The notes: generated from the sequence alone by a model not told the origin. A stretch of 64,000 nucleotides of DNA from an uncultured Gammaproteobacteria bacterium (GCA_964491475.1 CAZBFO010000002.1:277841-341840), one strand, 5' to 3'. Numbered from the stretch's first letter, positions 1 through 10,200 are shown. Made by a program: numbers and translations.

Positions 1-1
1 G

Positions 2-733
2 GCCCAGCCGCCGGAGCCGAAGAACTGGGGGACCGTCTTCCATCAAGTGACCGAAGAGCCCGTTCCCAAAGCGGTCGTCCGCATCTTTTCGGCGCGCTTC
101 AACAAGCTGCTCGAGACGCAGGTCACCGACATCTTCGGTCGTTACCATTTCCGCGTGATGGACAACGTCTACTACCTGACCGTCACCAAGGAGGGCTTCC
201 GCAAGACCGAAACGGAGCCGATCGACCTGGTGGGCAGCTTCACGCCCATCATCATCGCCTCCGATTTGCCCCTGTCGCCGGTCGAGGGAGCGCTTATCGT
301 CGCGACCAAGAAGAAGCCCGCCGACGACAAGCCGAAGAAGTCGATGATCGTCGGGCCGCAGGCATACGGTGCCAAGACTGGCGGACCGAACGCGCCGTCG
401 CTGCCGGCGTCCCTGATGGGGGATGCGGAGCCGGTCAAGAAACCTGCCGAGAAGCCTTATGTGCCGCTGGTGGCTCCCGCAGTACCCGACGTCCTCAAGG
501 GGACGCACGACGAAGCTGCGCCGAAGAAGAAGGTGCCGGTACCGCTCTCGACGCCCGTCGTTCCCGAGGCGCTTTCCGACGGGACAAAGGGACCGCCAGC
601 CGTCGAAACGGCGCCCCCGCCAGCCGCGGTGCCGCCGATGGAAAAGCCCGTAGACGCGCCGAAGAGCGACGAACCGGACGACGAACCGAAAGAGCAGCCG
701 CCGAAGTCCGGCGCCTGGCACCGTGATCTGTAA
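2..733 (+). CDS. 3' part of a gene that begins upstream of the window. It carries a CarboxypepD_reg-like beta-sandwich motif followed by a Pro/Lys/Ala-rich low-complexity tail.
   Basis: The reading frame is open back to nt 2 with no stop. The GTVFHQVTEEP...VRIFSARF...TDIFGRYHF motif matches carboxypeptidase regulatory-like domains. The tail is rich in P/K/A (PKKKVPVPLSTPVVPE...). Confidence 0.5.
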   Translation, partial: AQPPEPKNWGTVFHQVTEEPVPKAVVRIFSARFNKLLETQVTDIFGRYHFRVMDNVYYLTVTKEGFRKTETEPIDLVGSFTPIIIASDLPLSPVEGALIVATKKKPADDKPKKSMIVGPQAYGAKTGGPNAPSLPASLMGDAEPVKKPAEKPYVPLVAPAVPDVLKGTHDEAAPKKKVPVPLSTPVVPEALSDGTKGPPAVETAPPPAAVPPMEKPVDAPKSDEPDDEPKEQPPKSGAWHRDL

Positions 734-736
734 CCC

Positions 737-1378
737 ATGCGTACCGAGCATTTCGACCAGGTGATGCGTGCGTTGAAGCGCCGTTACCGCGCGCCGGCGG
801 AATCGGCCAAGGGAACGCCGTGGGAGTGCGTGCTGTTCACCATGCTCACTGCCAGGTCGCGCGACGATCAGGTGGAAGGGCCTTTCCGGGCGCTGATGCG
901 CGCCTACCCCACGCCGCAGGCCTTGTCGCGCGCGAAGGTCGGCGACGTGGCGCAGGTCATCAGGGCCATCGGCCTGTACCGCGGCAAGGCCAAGAACGCG
1001 GTCGCTTTGGCAAAAGCGGTCACGGACCGTCATGGCGGCAAGGTGCCGGCGGACCTCGACGAGCTGGTCGAACTTCCCGGTGTCGGCCGGAAGACGGCCA
1101 GCTGCGTGCTGGTGTACGCCTTCGGCATTCCGGCCATCGCGGTCGACACGCACGTCCTGCGCATCGTCAATCGCCTCGGCTGGATCAGGGAGGAGACGCC
1201 CGAAAAGGCCGAGCGCGCCCTTCGGCGAGTGCTGCCCCAGAAGCATTGGCTGGACGTGAACCGGGTGATGGTCCAGTTCGGCCGCGACATCTGCACGCCG
1301 GGCGCCAAGCCGAAGTGCTGCGCCTGCCCAGTGGCAAAGTGGTGCGGCTTCCCCAAGAAAACCGGGGTGCCACGTTGA
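737..1378 (+). CDS. nth: Endonuclease III (HhH-GPD DNA glycosylase with a 4Fe-4S cluster)
   Basis: HhH-GPD core (LPGVGRKTASCVL...AVDTHVLRIVNRLGW) and a C-terminal C-x6-C-x2-C-x5-C motif (CTPGAKPKCCACPVAKWC). Confidence 0.9.
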   Translation: MRTEHFDQVMRALKRRYRAPAESAKGTPWECVLFTMLTARSRDDQVEGPFRALMRAYPTPQALSRAKVGDVAQVIRAIGLYRGKAKNAVALAKAVTDRHGGKVPADLDELVELPGVGRKTASCVLVYAFGIPAIAVDTHVLRIVNRLGWIREETPEKAERALRRVLPQKHWLDVNRVMVQFGRDICTPGAKPKCCACPVAKWCGFPKKTGVPR

Positions 1379-1443
1379 TTCTTCGGCGGTTTCCGACTAC
1401 AGTGGGCCAAGGAGCCGCTGCACCGCGGAAACGGCTTAGCACT

Positions 1444-2043
1444 ATGATTCGCTTTGACGCCGAGGCCTTTCGGAACATCAACGACATGGCGGGCCGCTCG
1501 TCGGCGCTTGACGCGGTAGGCGGTTTTTGCGCACGATGGCTGATCGTCGCGATGTTCGCGGCGGTCATCGCCCGCGCGGTCATCGCGTCACGCAGGCCGG
1601 GTTCACGCAAGGCGGCAGCGCTGTTCGCGGTGGCCGAAATCCGTGCTGTCATCGCCAGTGCCCTGGCGTTCGCCGGCAACTGGGTGTTCAGCCTGCTGGT
1701 CTTCCGACCGAGGCCATACGTCGCCCTCATGGGCGTGCACCTGATCGTGCCGGAACCGCTGACCCCTTACGCTTTTCCGTCCGGTCACTCGTCGGCCGCC
1801 TTCGCCCTCGGCTTCACGATGCTGCTTGTCGACCTGCCGTTCGGCCTGCTGCTGCTGGCCTGCGCCTGCGCCGTGGCCGTCGCCCGCGTCTACGTGGGCG
1901 TGCATTACCCGATGGACGTGCTGGCCGGCGTGTTCGTCGGACTGTTCTGGGCGCTGGTCATGCATTTCGTCGGCACGCGCCTGCACGACAAGTCGGCGCT
2001 GCTCCGCTTCTTCAGGAAATTCCGCGCTTCGCGCACCCGCTGA
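1444..2043 (+). CDS. PAP2-family membrane phosphatase (undecaprenyl-diphosphate or phosphatidic acid phosphatase-like)
   Basis: PSGHS and SRVYVGVHYPMDV motifs with multiple TM helices. The start was chosen at the first in-frame ATG after the nth stop; the longer ORF 820..2043 overlaps nth out of frame. Confidence 0.75.
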   Translation: MIRFDAEAFRNINDMAGRSSALDAVGGFCARWLIVAMFAAVIARAVIASRRPGSRKAAALFAVAEIRAVIASALAFAGNWVFSLLVFRPRPYVALMGVHLIVPEPLTPYAFPSGHSSAAFALGFTMLLVDLPFGLLLLACACAVAVARVYVGVHYPMDVLAGVFVGLFWALVMHFVGTRLHDKSALLRFFRKFRASRTR

Positions 2044-2044
2044 C

Positions 2045-3136
2045 ATGAAAGCGCTCATACTCGCCGGCGGCGGAGGCACGCGCCTCTGGCCGGTCTCCCG
2101 AAAAAACATGCCCAAGCAAGTGGAAGCCATCATCGGCGACTCCACCCTTTTGCGCGCCACTTACGACCGCGTGCGCGTCGGTTTCGCGCCCGAGGACATC
2201 TACGTGGCGGCCGCCGAGGCCCATGCCGAGCTGGTGCGCGCCCAGTTGCCGGACCTGCCTGCGGAAAACCTGGTGTTGGAGCCGTGCCGCCGCGAGACCG
2301 CCGCGGCCATCGGCTTCGCCCTGCTGCATGTCGCCAAGAAGGATCCGCAAGCCGCGTTCGTGACCGTCAATTCCGACGCCTTCGTCCGCGACGTGCCGGA
2401 ATACCATCGCGTGCTGCGCGCCGCCGAGCAGGCCGTTTCGGCCGACCCGACGCATACGGTGCTGGTCGGCATCACTCCGGCGTATCCGGAGACGGGCTAC
2501 GGCTACATCAAGACGGGGGAGCGCGTGCACGTGGCCGAAGCCGGCGGCAAGGACTTTCCCGTCTACGCCGTCGAACGCTTCGTCGAAAAGCCCGATCTCG
2601 CCGTTGCGGAAACGTACCTCGCCGACGGCAGCTACCTTTGGAACCCCACGCTCATCGTCGGCCGCGTCGACCATTTCCTGTCGCTGTACCGCAAGCACCT
2701 GCCGACGCACGCGCAGTACTTCGACCGCATCTCCGCCGCGCTCGGCACCGCCGACGAGGACGAGACCGTCCGCGCGCACTTCGCCCGGATTCCGGCCATC
2801 AGCGTCGACTACGGCATCCTCGAAAAGGCCGAAGGCATGCTGACGCTGCCCGCGAACTTCGGCTGGGCCGACGTCGGCCACTGGCGCACCGTGCGCGACA
2901 TCTTGGCCGACGGCCCGGAGGAGAACGTCGTCAAAGGCCGTCACGTCGGGGTCGACTCGCACGGCAACCTCATCTACGGCTACGGCGGCAAGCTCATCGC
3001 CACCGCCGGCATCCGCGACATGATCATCATCGACACCGGCGACGCCGTGCTGGTCTGCGCCAAGGACCGCGCCCAGGAAGTGAAGAAGATCGTCGGCGCG
3101 CTCGAAGAGGATTCGGAACTGCAAAAATACCTGTAA
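2045..3136 (+). CDS. manC: Mannose-1-phosphate guanylyltransferase (GDP-mannose pyrophosphorylase, nucleotidyltransferase fold)
   Basis: N-terminal MKALILAGGGGTRLWPVSRKNMPKQ glycine-rich NTP-transferase motif; the full-length architecture resembles ManC/CpsB. The ATG lies 1 nt after the PAP2 stop. Confidence 0.85.
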   Translation: MKALILAGGGGTRLWPVSRKNMPKQVEAIIGDSTLLRATYDRVRVGFAPEDIYVAAAEAHAELVRAQLPDLPAENLVLEPCRRETAAAIGFALLHVAKKDPQAAFVTVNSDAFVRDVPEYHRVLRAAEQAVSADPTHTVLVGITPAYPETGYGYIKTGERVHVAEAGGKDFPVYAVERFVEKPDLAVAETYLADGSYLWNPTLIVGRVDHFLSLYRKHLPTHAQYFDRISAALGTADEDETVRAHFARIPAISVDYGILEKAEGMLTLPANFGWADVGHWRTVRDILADGPEENVVKGRHVGVDSHGNLIYGYGGKLIATAGIRDMIIIDTGDAVLVCAKDRAQEVKKIVGALEEDSELQKYL

Positions 3137-3148
3137 CGTTTTCGCCGC

Positions 3149-4192
3149 ATGCGCAGAATGCTTGTCCCCGTCTGCATCGTCCTTATCCTGCTCGCCGCGA
3201 TCGGGTGGACGGGCGTTTGGCTGTCCGCCCCGGTCACCAAGGACGCCGCGGCATTCACGGTGGCCGTCGGCGAGAAGACCGACGTCATCATCGCGCATCT
3301 CAAGCAACGCGGGGTCATTCGCAGCACCGCGCTGTTCAAGCTGGCGCTCTCCAAGAGCGGGCTGGCCACCAAGCTGCAGCCCGGCACCTACGACCTGCGC
3401 GGCGCGGCGGACTTTGACGCGCTCATCAAGAAGCTGGCTTCCGGCGGCGTGGCCGCCAACGAGCAGGTGCTGCTGGTCAAGGAGGGCTGGGATCTGCGCG
3501 ACATCAACGACGCGCTGGCCCGGCTCGACGTCTCCGGCCGGGACCTGTACCGCGTCACCGGCGTCCCGGCGACGGACGCGCGCGCCTTCAATTCCGACAA
3601 GGCGCCGTTGGCAAAGGATTTTTCGGCGGACTTCCCGTATCTCAAGGACAAGCCCAAGTACGTCAGCTTGGAAGGGTTCCTGTTCCCCGACACTTACCGT
3701 TTGTTCAAGGACGCCACCGCCGAGGAAGTAGTCCGCAAGATGCTCGAGAACTTCGACCGCAAGCTGACTCCCGAATTGCGCGTCAGGATCGCCTCGCAGA
3801 AACGCACCGTCTACGAGGTCGTGACCATGGCCAGCGTCGTCGAGCGCGAAGTGCAGACCGACGAAGACCGCCGCAAGGTGGCCGATATCTTCTGGCGCCG
3901 CATCGATCGCGGCATGCCGCTGCAGGCCGACTCCACCGTCAACTACGTCACCGGCAAGGGGATGGCTTCGGTCAGCTACGATGACACCAAGAACGTTTCG
4001 CCCTATAATACCTACAAGTATCGCGGTTTGCCGCTCGGTCCCATTTGCAATCCCGGCCTTTCGGCCATCGATGCGGCCGTCAACCCCGAGCCGAACGACG
4101 CCTGGTACTTCCTGACCGACAAGGACGGCAAGGTGTACTACGCCCGCACGCTCGATGAGCACAACCGCAATAAGGCACGGTACATGCGCTGA
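3149..4192 (+). CDS. mltG: Endolytic murein transglycosylase MltG (YceG family)
   Basis: Single N-terminal TM helix, then a YceG-like domain (GTYDLRG...FLFPDTYRL...LQADSTVNYV...YNTYKYRGLPLGPICNPG). Confidence 0.85.
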   Translation: MRRMLVPVCIVLILLAAIGWTGVWLSAPVTKDAAAFTVAVGEKTDVIIAHLKQRGVIRSTALFKLALSKSGLATKLQPGTYDLRGAADFDALIKKLASGGVAANEQVLLVKEGWDLRDINDALARLDVSGRDLYRVTGVPATDARAFNSDKAPLAKDFSADFPYLKDKPKYVSLEGFLFPDTYRLFKDATAEEVVRKMLENFDRKLTPELRVRIASQKRTVYEVVTMASVVEREVQTDEDRRKVADIFWRRIDRGMPLQADSTVNYVTGKGMASVSYDDTKNVSPYNTYKYRGLPLGPICNPGLSAIDAAVNPEPNDAWYFLTDKDGKVYYARTLDEHNRNKARYMR

Positions 4193-4224
4193 AGCCTCCG
4201 GCGCGGTCCCTATCAGCCAGCGTT

Positions 4225-6012
4225 ATGCGTTACATGAAGGTTCGCGCAATTTTCGCCTCGATCGCCGTAGCGGCTTCGTGTTTTGCCGCGTCTGCCGCAG
4301 ACGCCCAGCCGTTGCCCCCGCCCGCCGAGGATCCGGCGCGGCTCGGCGCGCCGGCCCCTTTCGACGCCGGCCGCGAGGAGATCGAATCTTTTTTTTCGCG
4401 CCTGTCGGTGCACCAGGACGGCACCATGACGGTGGATGAGACCATCGACTACAATTTTCCGAGCGCCAAGCACGGCATCTATCGCGACATCCCCGTACGT
4501 TACGACATTGACGGCAAGACGGTCGAGATGCCCCTCGGCGCCTTTTCCGTCCGCGCTCCCGACGGCGAGGCGATTCCGTACGTGACGAAGAGGAACAAGG
4601 ACAGCGTCCGGATAAAGATCGGCGACCCGAACGTGACCGTCACCGGGGTGCGCGCCTACGTGATCGAATACTCCGTGTCCGGCGCGCTGCGCTATTTCGG
4701 AGACCATGACGAGCTGTACTGGAACGTGACCGGCAACGGCTGGGACGTGCCCATCCGCAAGTCGGGCGCGCAGGTCGTGCTGCCAGACGCCGTCGACGCC
4801 AAGTCCATCACGACGCGCTGCTTCACCGGGGGCGCGGGCTCGACAGCACAGGATTGCCTCGGCAGGCCGCAGGGCCCCGGTGCCAGCTTCGTGGCCAACG
4901 GGCCGTTGACCGTCGTCGTCGGCTGGAACAAGGGGGTCGTGCAGACGCTGCTTCCAAAGGAGGTCGGTTTCTTCGACAGCCACGGGAACCTGCTGCCGTT
5001 CCTGCTGCCCGTCCTCGTGCTCATCGGCCTCATCGCCGTCTGGGCAAAGAAGGGCCGTGATCCGGCCGGACGGGGCACCATCATGGTGCAATACGAGCCG
5101 CCAGGAGGAATGACGCCGGTGGAAGTCGGCGGCCTCTGCAAGGAAGACGTCAGTAACTCCGACGTTTCGGCCATCATCGTCAGCCTGGCCGTGCGCGGCT
5201 ACCTGCTGATCGCCGAAACCGAGAAGAAGGGGCTGCTGACCACCGGCGCCGATTACGAGTTCCGCCGGCTGAAGGACTACGCTAACGACTCCACGCTGCA
5301 GCCGTACGAGAAGCTGGTGCTCGACACGCTCTTCGGCGGGACCGGCATGCTGGTGCGCGTCTCGGAAATCTCCGAACAGCACCTGTTCTACAAGCAGATG
5401 CAGCCGGTGAAAAACGCGGTCTTCGCCAGGCTGGTGGAACAGGGCTACTTCCCGAGCGATCCGGCGAAGATCAAGGCGGGATACTACGGCGTCGGCATCA
5501 TGGCGCTGTTCGGACTTTTCTTCTTCGGCAACGTGTCGGATGCCTTTTCGGGCACCTTCTTCGGCAACGTTTTCCTGGCCATTGCGGTCTCGGCCGTGCT
5601 GGTGATGTTCTTCGCCCACCTGATGCCCCGCCGTACGCCCAAGGGCGTCGCTGCCTACGAAGCCGCCCTCGGGTTCAAGGATTACGTTTCTACGGCCGAG
5701 AAGTACCGCCTGCAGTGGCAGGAAAAGGAACATATCTTCGAGAACTTCCTGCCGTACGCGATGGTCTTCGGCGTGGTGGCCAAATGGTCCAAGGCGTTCG
5801 AGAACATGAACTTGCCGAAGCCGGAGTGGTATCAGGGCTCGGCATTCAGCGCCGGAGCATTCAACGCGGCGGCATTTTCCAGCGCCTTCGGCTCGATGGA
5901 TCGCGCCATGTCCTCGGCGATGATTTCGCGGCCGTCCAGCTCAAGCGGCGGCAGCGGCTTCGGCGGCTCTTCGGGCGGCGGCGGAGGCGGCGGAGGGGGA
6001 GGGAGCTGGTAA
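4225..6012 (+). CDS. DUF2207-family membrane protein with a C-terminal polyglycine tail
   Basis: Signal peptide, an extracellular domain and several TM helices. The GGSGFGGSSGGGGGGGGGG C-terminus is typical of DUF2207/YciQ-like proteins. Confidence 0.75.
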   Translation: MRYMKVRAIFASIAVAASCFAASAADAQPLPPPAEDPARLGAPAPFDAGREEIESFFSRLSVHQDGTMTVDETIDYNFPSAKHGIYRDIPVRYDIDGKTVEMPLGAFSVRAPDGEAIPYVTKRNKDSVRIKIGDPNVTVTGVRAYVIEYSVSGALRYFGDHDELYWNVTGNGWDVPIRKSGAQVVLPDAVDAKSITTRCFTGGAGSTAQDCLGRPQGPGASFVANGPLTVVVGWNKGVVQTLLPKEVGFFDSHGNLLPFLLPVLVLIGLIAVWAKKGRDPAGRGTIMVQYEPPGGMTPVEVGGLCKEDVSNSDVSAIIVSLAVRGYLLIAETEKKGLLTTGADYEFRRLKDYANDSTLQPYEKLVLDTLFGGTGMLVRVSEISEQHLFYKQMQPVKNAVFARLVEQGYFPSDPAKIKAGYYGVGIMALFGLFFFGNVSDAFSGTFFGNVFLAIAVSAVLVMFFAHLMPRRTPKGVAAYEAALGFKDYVSTAEKYRLQWQEKEHIFENFLPYAMVFGVVAKWSKAFENMNLPKPEWYQGSAFSAGAFNAAAFSSAFGSMDRAMSSAMISRPSSSSGGSGFGGSSGGGGGGGGGGSW

Positions 6013-6022
6013 CGCATTGCCT

Positions 6023-6451
6023 ATGAATGACGAACAGATCAGAAATATCCTGGAAGAGAATCGCGTCATCGCCTCGGTGGGCCTGTCGTCGAATCCTGAC
6101 AGGCCGAGCTACGGCGTCTGTTCTTTTTTGCGCATCAAGGGCTATCGCATCATTCCCGTGAATCCCAACGAGACCCAGGTGCTCGGCGAGAAGTCGTACC
6201 CTGACCTTCGCTCGGTGCCGGAGAAGGTCGACATCGTGCAGGTCTTCCGCAAGCCCGAAGCAGTGCCGCAGATCGTGGAAGACGCCATCGCCATCGGCGC
6301 CAAGGTGGTCTGGATGCAGGACGGCGCCGGCAACGTCGATGCGGCCAAGCGGGCCGAAGAAGCGGGCCTGGTCGCGGTCGTCGACGATTGCATGCTGCGC
6401 CAGTACCGTCGCCTGGATGCGGAATCGCCGATTCACGTAAAATCCGCTTGA
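6023..6451 (+). CDS. CoA-binding domain protein (YccU/YneT family)
   Basis: NILEENRVIASVGLSSNPDRPSYGV...GYRIIPVNP matches the CoA-binding Rossmann family. ATG at 6023 is preferred over the TTG at 6017. Confidence 0.8.
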   Translation: MNDEQIRNILEENRVIASVGLSSNPDRPSYGVCSFLRIKGYRIIPVNPNETQVLGEKSYPDLRSVPEKVDIVQVFRKPEAVPQIVEDAIAIGAKVVWMQDGAGNVDAAKRAEEAGLVAVVDDCMLRQYRRLDAESPIHVKSA

Positions 6452-6539
6452 GAGCAGCTGCCGCCAACGACCTTGGCGGCGTTTGTTTTTCCGGAGCCGT
6501 GCCTTTGGCCTTTTCGCGTCGGTCTAGTACAGTACCGCC

Positions 6540-8642
6540 ATGTCCCGCATCGACTACGAGAAGGAGCTCAACGAAGAACAGCTGGCCGCCGTCCGCGAGG
6601 GCGACGGCCCTTGCGTCGTGCTCGCCGGCGCCGGTTCGGGCAAGACGCGCACCATCGTCTACCGCGTCGCTTGGCTGATCGAGCACGGCGTCTCGCCGGA
6701 CTCGATTTTGCTTTTGACCTTCACCAACAAGGCGGCATCAGAAATGATGGGGCGCATCGGCAGCCTGCTGGGGTCCGAACTGCCCTTCGGTTCCGGCGGC
6801 GTCTGGGGCGGCACCTTCCATTCCGTCGCCAACCGTATCCTGCGCTCCTTTGCGGAACGCATCGGCTATACTTCGTCGTTCTCCATTCTCGATGACGAGG
6901 ACTCCCGCGACCTGATGAAGGCCTGCATGCGCGAGCTCGGCTTTGCCTCCGCCGACAAGCGCTTCCCCTCGCCGGCAGTCGTCCGCGACCTCATCAGCTA
7001 CGCCACCAACGCCATGAAGTCGCTGGAAGACGCCGTGGCCAAGAAGCACCCCAAGTTCGAGCCGCTGCTGCCCGACCTGCAGCGCATCGCCGAAGCCTAC
7101 GACGCCAAGAAGCGCAATTCCAACGCCATGGACTTCGACGACCTGCTCTCGAAGCTGTTCAAGCTGCTCTCCGCCGACGTCTCCGCGCGAGAACGCATCG
7201 CCGGGCGCTGGAAGTACGTGCTGGTCGACGAATACCAGGACACCAATCCGCTGCAGGCCTCGCTGGTCCGCCTGATGGTCGGTCCCGAGCAGAACCTCCT
7301 GGTGGTCGGCGACGACGCCCAGAGCATCTACTCCTTCCGCGCCGCCGACGTGCGCAACATCTTGGATTTTCCCAAGCAGTACCCGGGCTCCAAGATGTTC
7401 AAGCTGCTCACCAACTATCGCTCCGTCCCCGAAATCCTCAACCTGGCCAACGACGTCATCTCGCGCAACGTCGACCAGTTCCACAAGGAGTTGGTCAGCG
7501 TCAAAAAGCCGTTTCACAAGCCGGCCGTGGTGCCTTGCCCGTCCTCGTTCCAGGAAGCCGACTTCGTGGTCGGCAAGATCCGCGACCTGATCGAAGAGGG
7601 CGTGAAGCCGGAGGCGATAGCCGTGCTGTTCCGCGCCACGCATCACTCGCAGACCGTCGAATTCGAACTGATGAAGCGCGGCATCGCCTACGACTACCGC
7701 GGCGGCGTGAAGTTCTTCGACCGCGCCCACGTCAAGGACGCGCTGTCGTTCCTGCGCATCAAGAACAACTTCAACGACGAAGCCGCCTGGCTGCGCATCC
7801 TCACCATTCAGCCGGGAGTGGGGGAGGTGATGGCCGCCAAGATGCTGACCATGTTCCGCGCCGCCGGCAGCTTGGCGCACGCCGTGCTTTCACCGGTCGA
7901 GGCCGCGCTCGGCGCCCGCGCCGCCAAGGGCTGGGCTGAACTGCGCCCCACCTTGGAAAAACTGGTCGAGCAGCAGAAGCCCATGGACATCATCCGCACC
8001 GTCACCAAATCCGGCTACGTCGACTATCTCGAGAACGAGTATCCCAACTGGCGCGAGCGCCTTGAGGACATCGAGCAGCTCGCCGTCTTCGCCGAAGAGT
8101 ACGAGACCGCTTCGGAACTGCTGGCCGACATCGCCCTCGACTCCGGTGCCGCCGAGAAGCAGTCCAACCGCGGCCGCCAGCGCCGCGACGTGGCCGACAA
8201 GGTGGTGCTCTCCACCATCCACCAGGCCAAGGGCTTGGAGTGGGACGCCGTCTTCGTCATCCATCTCACCAACTCCGGCTTCCCCAACCGCAAGGCCGCC
8301 ATGGAAGAGGGCGGCATCGAGGAAGAGCGTCGCCTGTTCTACGTGGCCGTGACCCGTTCCAAGAAGCATCTTTATCTTTCGTATCCCGCCACAGCCGGTC
8401 GCGACATGTTCACGCTGGAACAACCGTCGATCTTCCTGGAAGAGGCCAACCCGAAGATGCTCGACCTCTCGCTGGTCGAAGGCCGTCTCGGCTTTGGCGG
8501 CAGCGGTCACTCCTTCGATGACAGCGACAGCGGTGGCTTCTACGAAGACAACGCAGTTTCCGTCGACGACTCCGAAAACCCCTTTGCCGAGATGAAGTCC
8601 AAGGTAAAGAAGATCAAGCGGAGCTATCTCCGCGACGTGTGA
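6540..8642 (+). CDS. uvrD: ATP-dependent DNA helicase, UvrD/PcrA (superfamily 1) family
   Basis: Walker A (GAGSGKTRT), motifs II (VLVDEYQDTN) and III onward, and a C-terminal UvrD_C region (VVLSTIHQAKGLEWDAVFV...LFYVAVTRSKKHLYLS). Confidence 0.9.
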   Translation: MSRIDYEKELNEEQLAAVREGDGPCVVLAGAGSGKTRTIVYRVAWLIEHGVSPDSILLLTFTNKAASEMMGRIGSLLGSELPFGSGGVWGGTFHSVANRILRSFAERIGYTSSFSILDDEDSRDLMKACMRELGFASADKRFPSPAVVRDLISYATNAMKSLEDAVAKKHPKFEPLLPDLQRIAEAYDAKKRNSNAMDFDDLLSKLFKLLSADVSARERIAGRWKYVLVDEYQDTNPLQASLVRLMVGPEQNLLVVGDDAQSIYSFRAADVRNILDFPKQYPGSKMFKLLTNYRSVPEILNLANDVISRNVDQFHKELVSVKKPFHKPAVVPCPSSFQEADFVVGKIRDLIEEGVKPEAIAVLFRATHHSQTVEFELMKRGIAYDYRGGVKFFDRAHVKDALSFLRIKNNFNDEAAWLRILTIQPGVGEVMAAKMLTMFRAAGSLAHAVLSPVEAALGARAAKGWAELRPTLEKLVEQQKPMDIIRTVTKSGYVDYLENEYPNWRERLEDIEQLAVFAEEYETASELLADIALDSGAAEKQSNRGRQRRDVADKVVLSTIHQAKGLEWDAVFVIHLTNSGFPNRKAAMEEGGIEEERRLFYVAVTRSKKHLYLSYPATAGRDMFTLEQPSIFLEEANPKMLDLSLVEGRLGFGGSGHSFDDSDSGGFYEDNAVSVDDSENPFAEMKSKVKKIKRSYLRDV

Positions 8643-8811
8643 CCCTGACCGGGCGACCGTTGACAAAAGGCCCGTTTCGTGATACGTTTCCTCTCGTACC
8701 CAAAAAGGCGAAAAACGGATATTTTCCCTAACTGAAGGCAAAAAACGAATGAGCCGGCTCCGGCGTGAGCTGGTCTTTTTTCTTCTGAAAATGTAATTTT
8801 TGTTTCCGGCA

Positions 8812-8822
8812 GCTGTAGTAGT
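8812..8822 (+). repeat. 11-bp direct repeat GCTGTAGTAGT, copy 1, upstream of the ECF sigma gene
   Basis: An exact 11-mer is shared with 10201-10211. The two copies flank the sigma/co-transcribed-membrane-protein module. Confidence 0.4.
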
Positions 8823-8854
8823 AGAGACCAGTAACGGCTAACCTCGGAGAGGCA

Positions 8855-9418
8855 ATGCAAGAGCAAACAGACGAGGAAATCGTTGTGCAGGTCCAAAAGG
8901 GGGACGTGGAGGCCTTTGGCGCGCTGATGAAGCGCTATGAGCCGAAACTGACGCGATATGCGCGAAAATTCCTCCTGGACGGCGGCGACGCCGAGGATTT
9001 GGTGCAGGAGGCCTTCATCAAGGCCTACATGAACGTGCGGGGCTTCGACCCTGCACGTCGTTTCTCGCCATGGATCTACCGCATCGCGCATAACGTCTTC
9101 ATCAACGCCATCAAGAAGCGCGGCACGGACAGGGTATCCTTCTTCAACCTCGACCTCGTCTTTCCCCACGCGGCGGCAAAGGAGACCGCCGACGACGAGA
9201 CGCAGAAGCGGGAACTGCGCGAAACGCTCGATGCGCACTTGGGCAAGCTGGACCGGAAGTACCGCGAACCGATCGTCCTCTACTTTTACGAAGACATGGA
9301 TTACCAGGGCATAGCCGAAACGCTGCAGATACCGGTATCCACCGTTGGCGTGCGGCTGCAAAGGGGCAAGGCGCTGCTCAAGAAGATCGCGGAAAAAAAC
9401 GAAGCGACGGCACTATGA
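8855..9418 (+). CDS. RNA polymerase sigma-70 factor, ECF subfamily
   Basis: Sigma-70 region 2 (DAEDLVQEAFIKAYMNVRGFD...FSPWIYRIAHNVFINAIKKR) and region 4 (GIAETLQIPVSTVGVRLQRGKALL). A GGAGAGG RBS precedes the ATG. Confidence 0.85.
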   Translation: MQEQTDEEIVVQVQKGDVEAFGALMKRYEPKLTRYARKFLLDGGDAEDLVQEAFIKAYMNVRGFDPARRFSPWIYRIAHNVFINAIKKRGTDRVSFFNLDLVFPHAAAKETADDETQKRELRETLDAHLGKLDRKYREPIVLYFYEDMDYQGIAETLQIPVSTVGVRLQRGKALLKKIAEKNEATAL

Positions 9419-10182
9419 ACCAACCCCAAAACGACAATCAGACGCTCGAGGACAAGGTGCTCGAGGCCATTCGGTGCGGTGACGTGCGGATGAAGCCGCG
9501 CTGGTTCTTCGCGCTGCGTGCGGTGCTGCTCGGCACGGGCATCACCATCCTGCTGTTCGCGTCGCTTTTCATCGGCAGCTTCATCGTGTTTTCGCTGCGC
9601 CAGACCGGTCTGTGGTTCGCGCCATCCTACGGCCTGCGCGGGACCTATCTGTTCCTGCGGGCGGTGCCGTGGGTGCTGGTGGCCCTCTCGGCGCTGTTCG
9701 TAGTCGTGCTGGAGCTGATGGTCCGGCATTACTCCTTCGCCTATCGGGCACCGCTGGCCTATTCGTTGCTCGGCGTGATGGGACTGGTCGGCTTCGGCGC
9801 GGTCATCGTGGCCCAGACGCCGCTGCACGGCAGGATTTTCATCTATACCCGCGGTCACGACGCCATGCCCTTTGCCGCGTTTTATCGCAGCTACCTGGTG
9901 CATGGAGACCGCGTCTATCACGGCCAGGTCGTCAGCTCCGGCCAAGGGGTGTTCGTCATAAAGACTTTTCCCGAGGGCATCAGCGCCACCGTCGCTCCCG
10001 ACAGGGACGACGCCGATCAGGACTTTACCGGCACGCAGGTCATCATCTTCGGCAATGAGCGCGACGGCATCATCCGTGCCGAGGAGATTCATCGGGCGCC
10101 GGCCGTGGAGATGTTCGAGGACGAAATGACGCCCGATCCCTATGATTTCGGTCCCCTCAACGCTCCGACCTACGTGCAATGA
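9415..10182 (+). CDS. Multi-TM membrane protein translationally coupled to the ECF sigma factor (putative anti-sigma factor)
   Basis: An ATGA overlap with the sigma gene stop indicates translational coupling. Polytopic membrane protein with no recognised zinc-finger anti-sigma motif. Confidence 0.5.
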   Translation: MNQPQNDNQTLEDKVLEAIRCGDVRMKPRWFFALRAVLLGTGITILLFASLFIGSFIVFSLRQTGLWFAPSYGLRGTYLFLRAVPWVLVALSALFVVVLELMVRHYSFAYRAPLAYSLLGVMGLVGFGAVIVAQTPLHGRIFIYTRGHDAMPFAAFYRSYLVHGDRVYHGQVVSSGQGVFVIKTFPEGISATVAPDRDDADQDFTGTQVIIFGNERDGIIRAEEIHRAPAVEMFEDEMTPDPYDFGPLNAPTYVQ

Positions 10183-10200
10183 AATAATTTCCCGATGACC

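Noticed and set aside
820-2043. 407-aa ORF in the + frame
   Set aside because: Its 5' 600 nt overlap nth out of frame and encode Arg/Gly-rich nonsense. The genuine PAP2 gene begins at the internal ATG at 1444.
2012-4162. 716-aa ORF on the - strand
   Set aside because: It lies antisense to manC and mltG, which have clear homology. It is a composition-driven shadow ORF.
6520-6535. TACAGTACC 9-mer shared by the uvrD upstream region and the rplJ promoter region (51634)
   Set aside because: Two copies of a 9-mer in 64 kb are close to the chance expectation. It may simply reflect similar -10-like hexamers (TACAGT).
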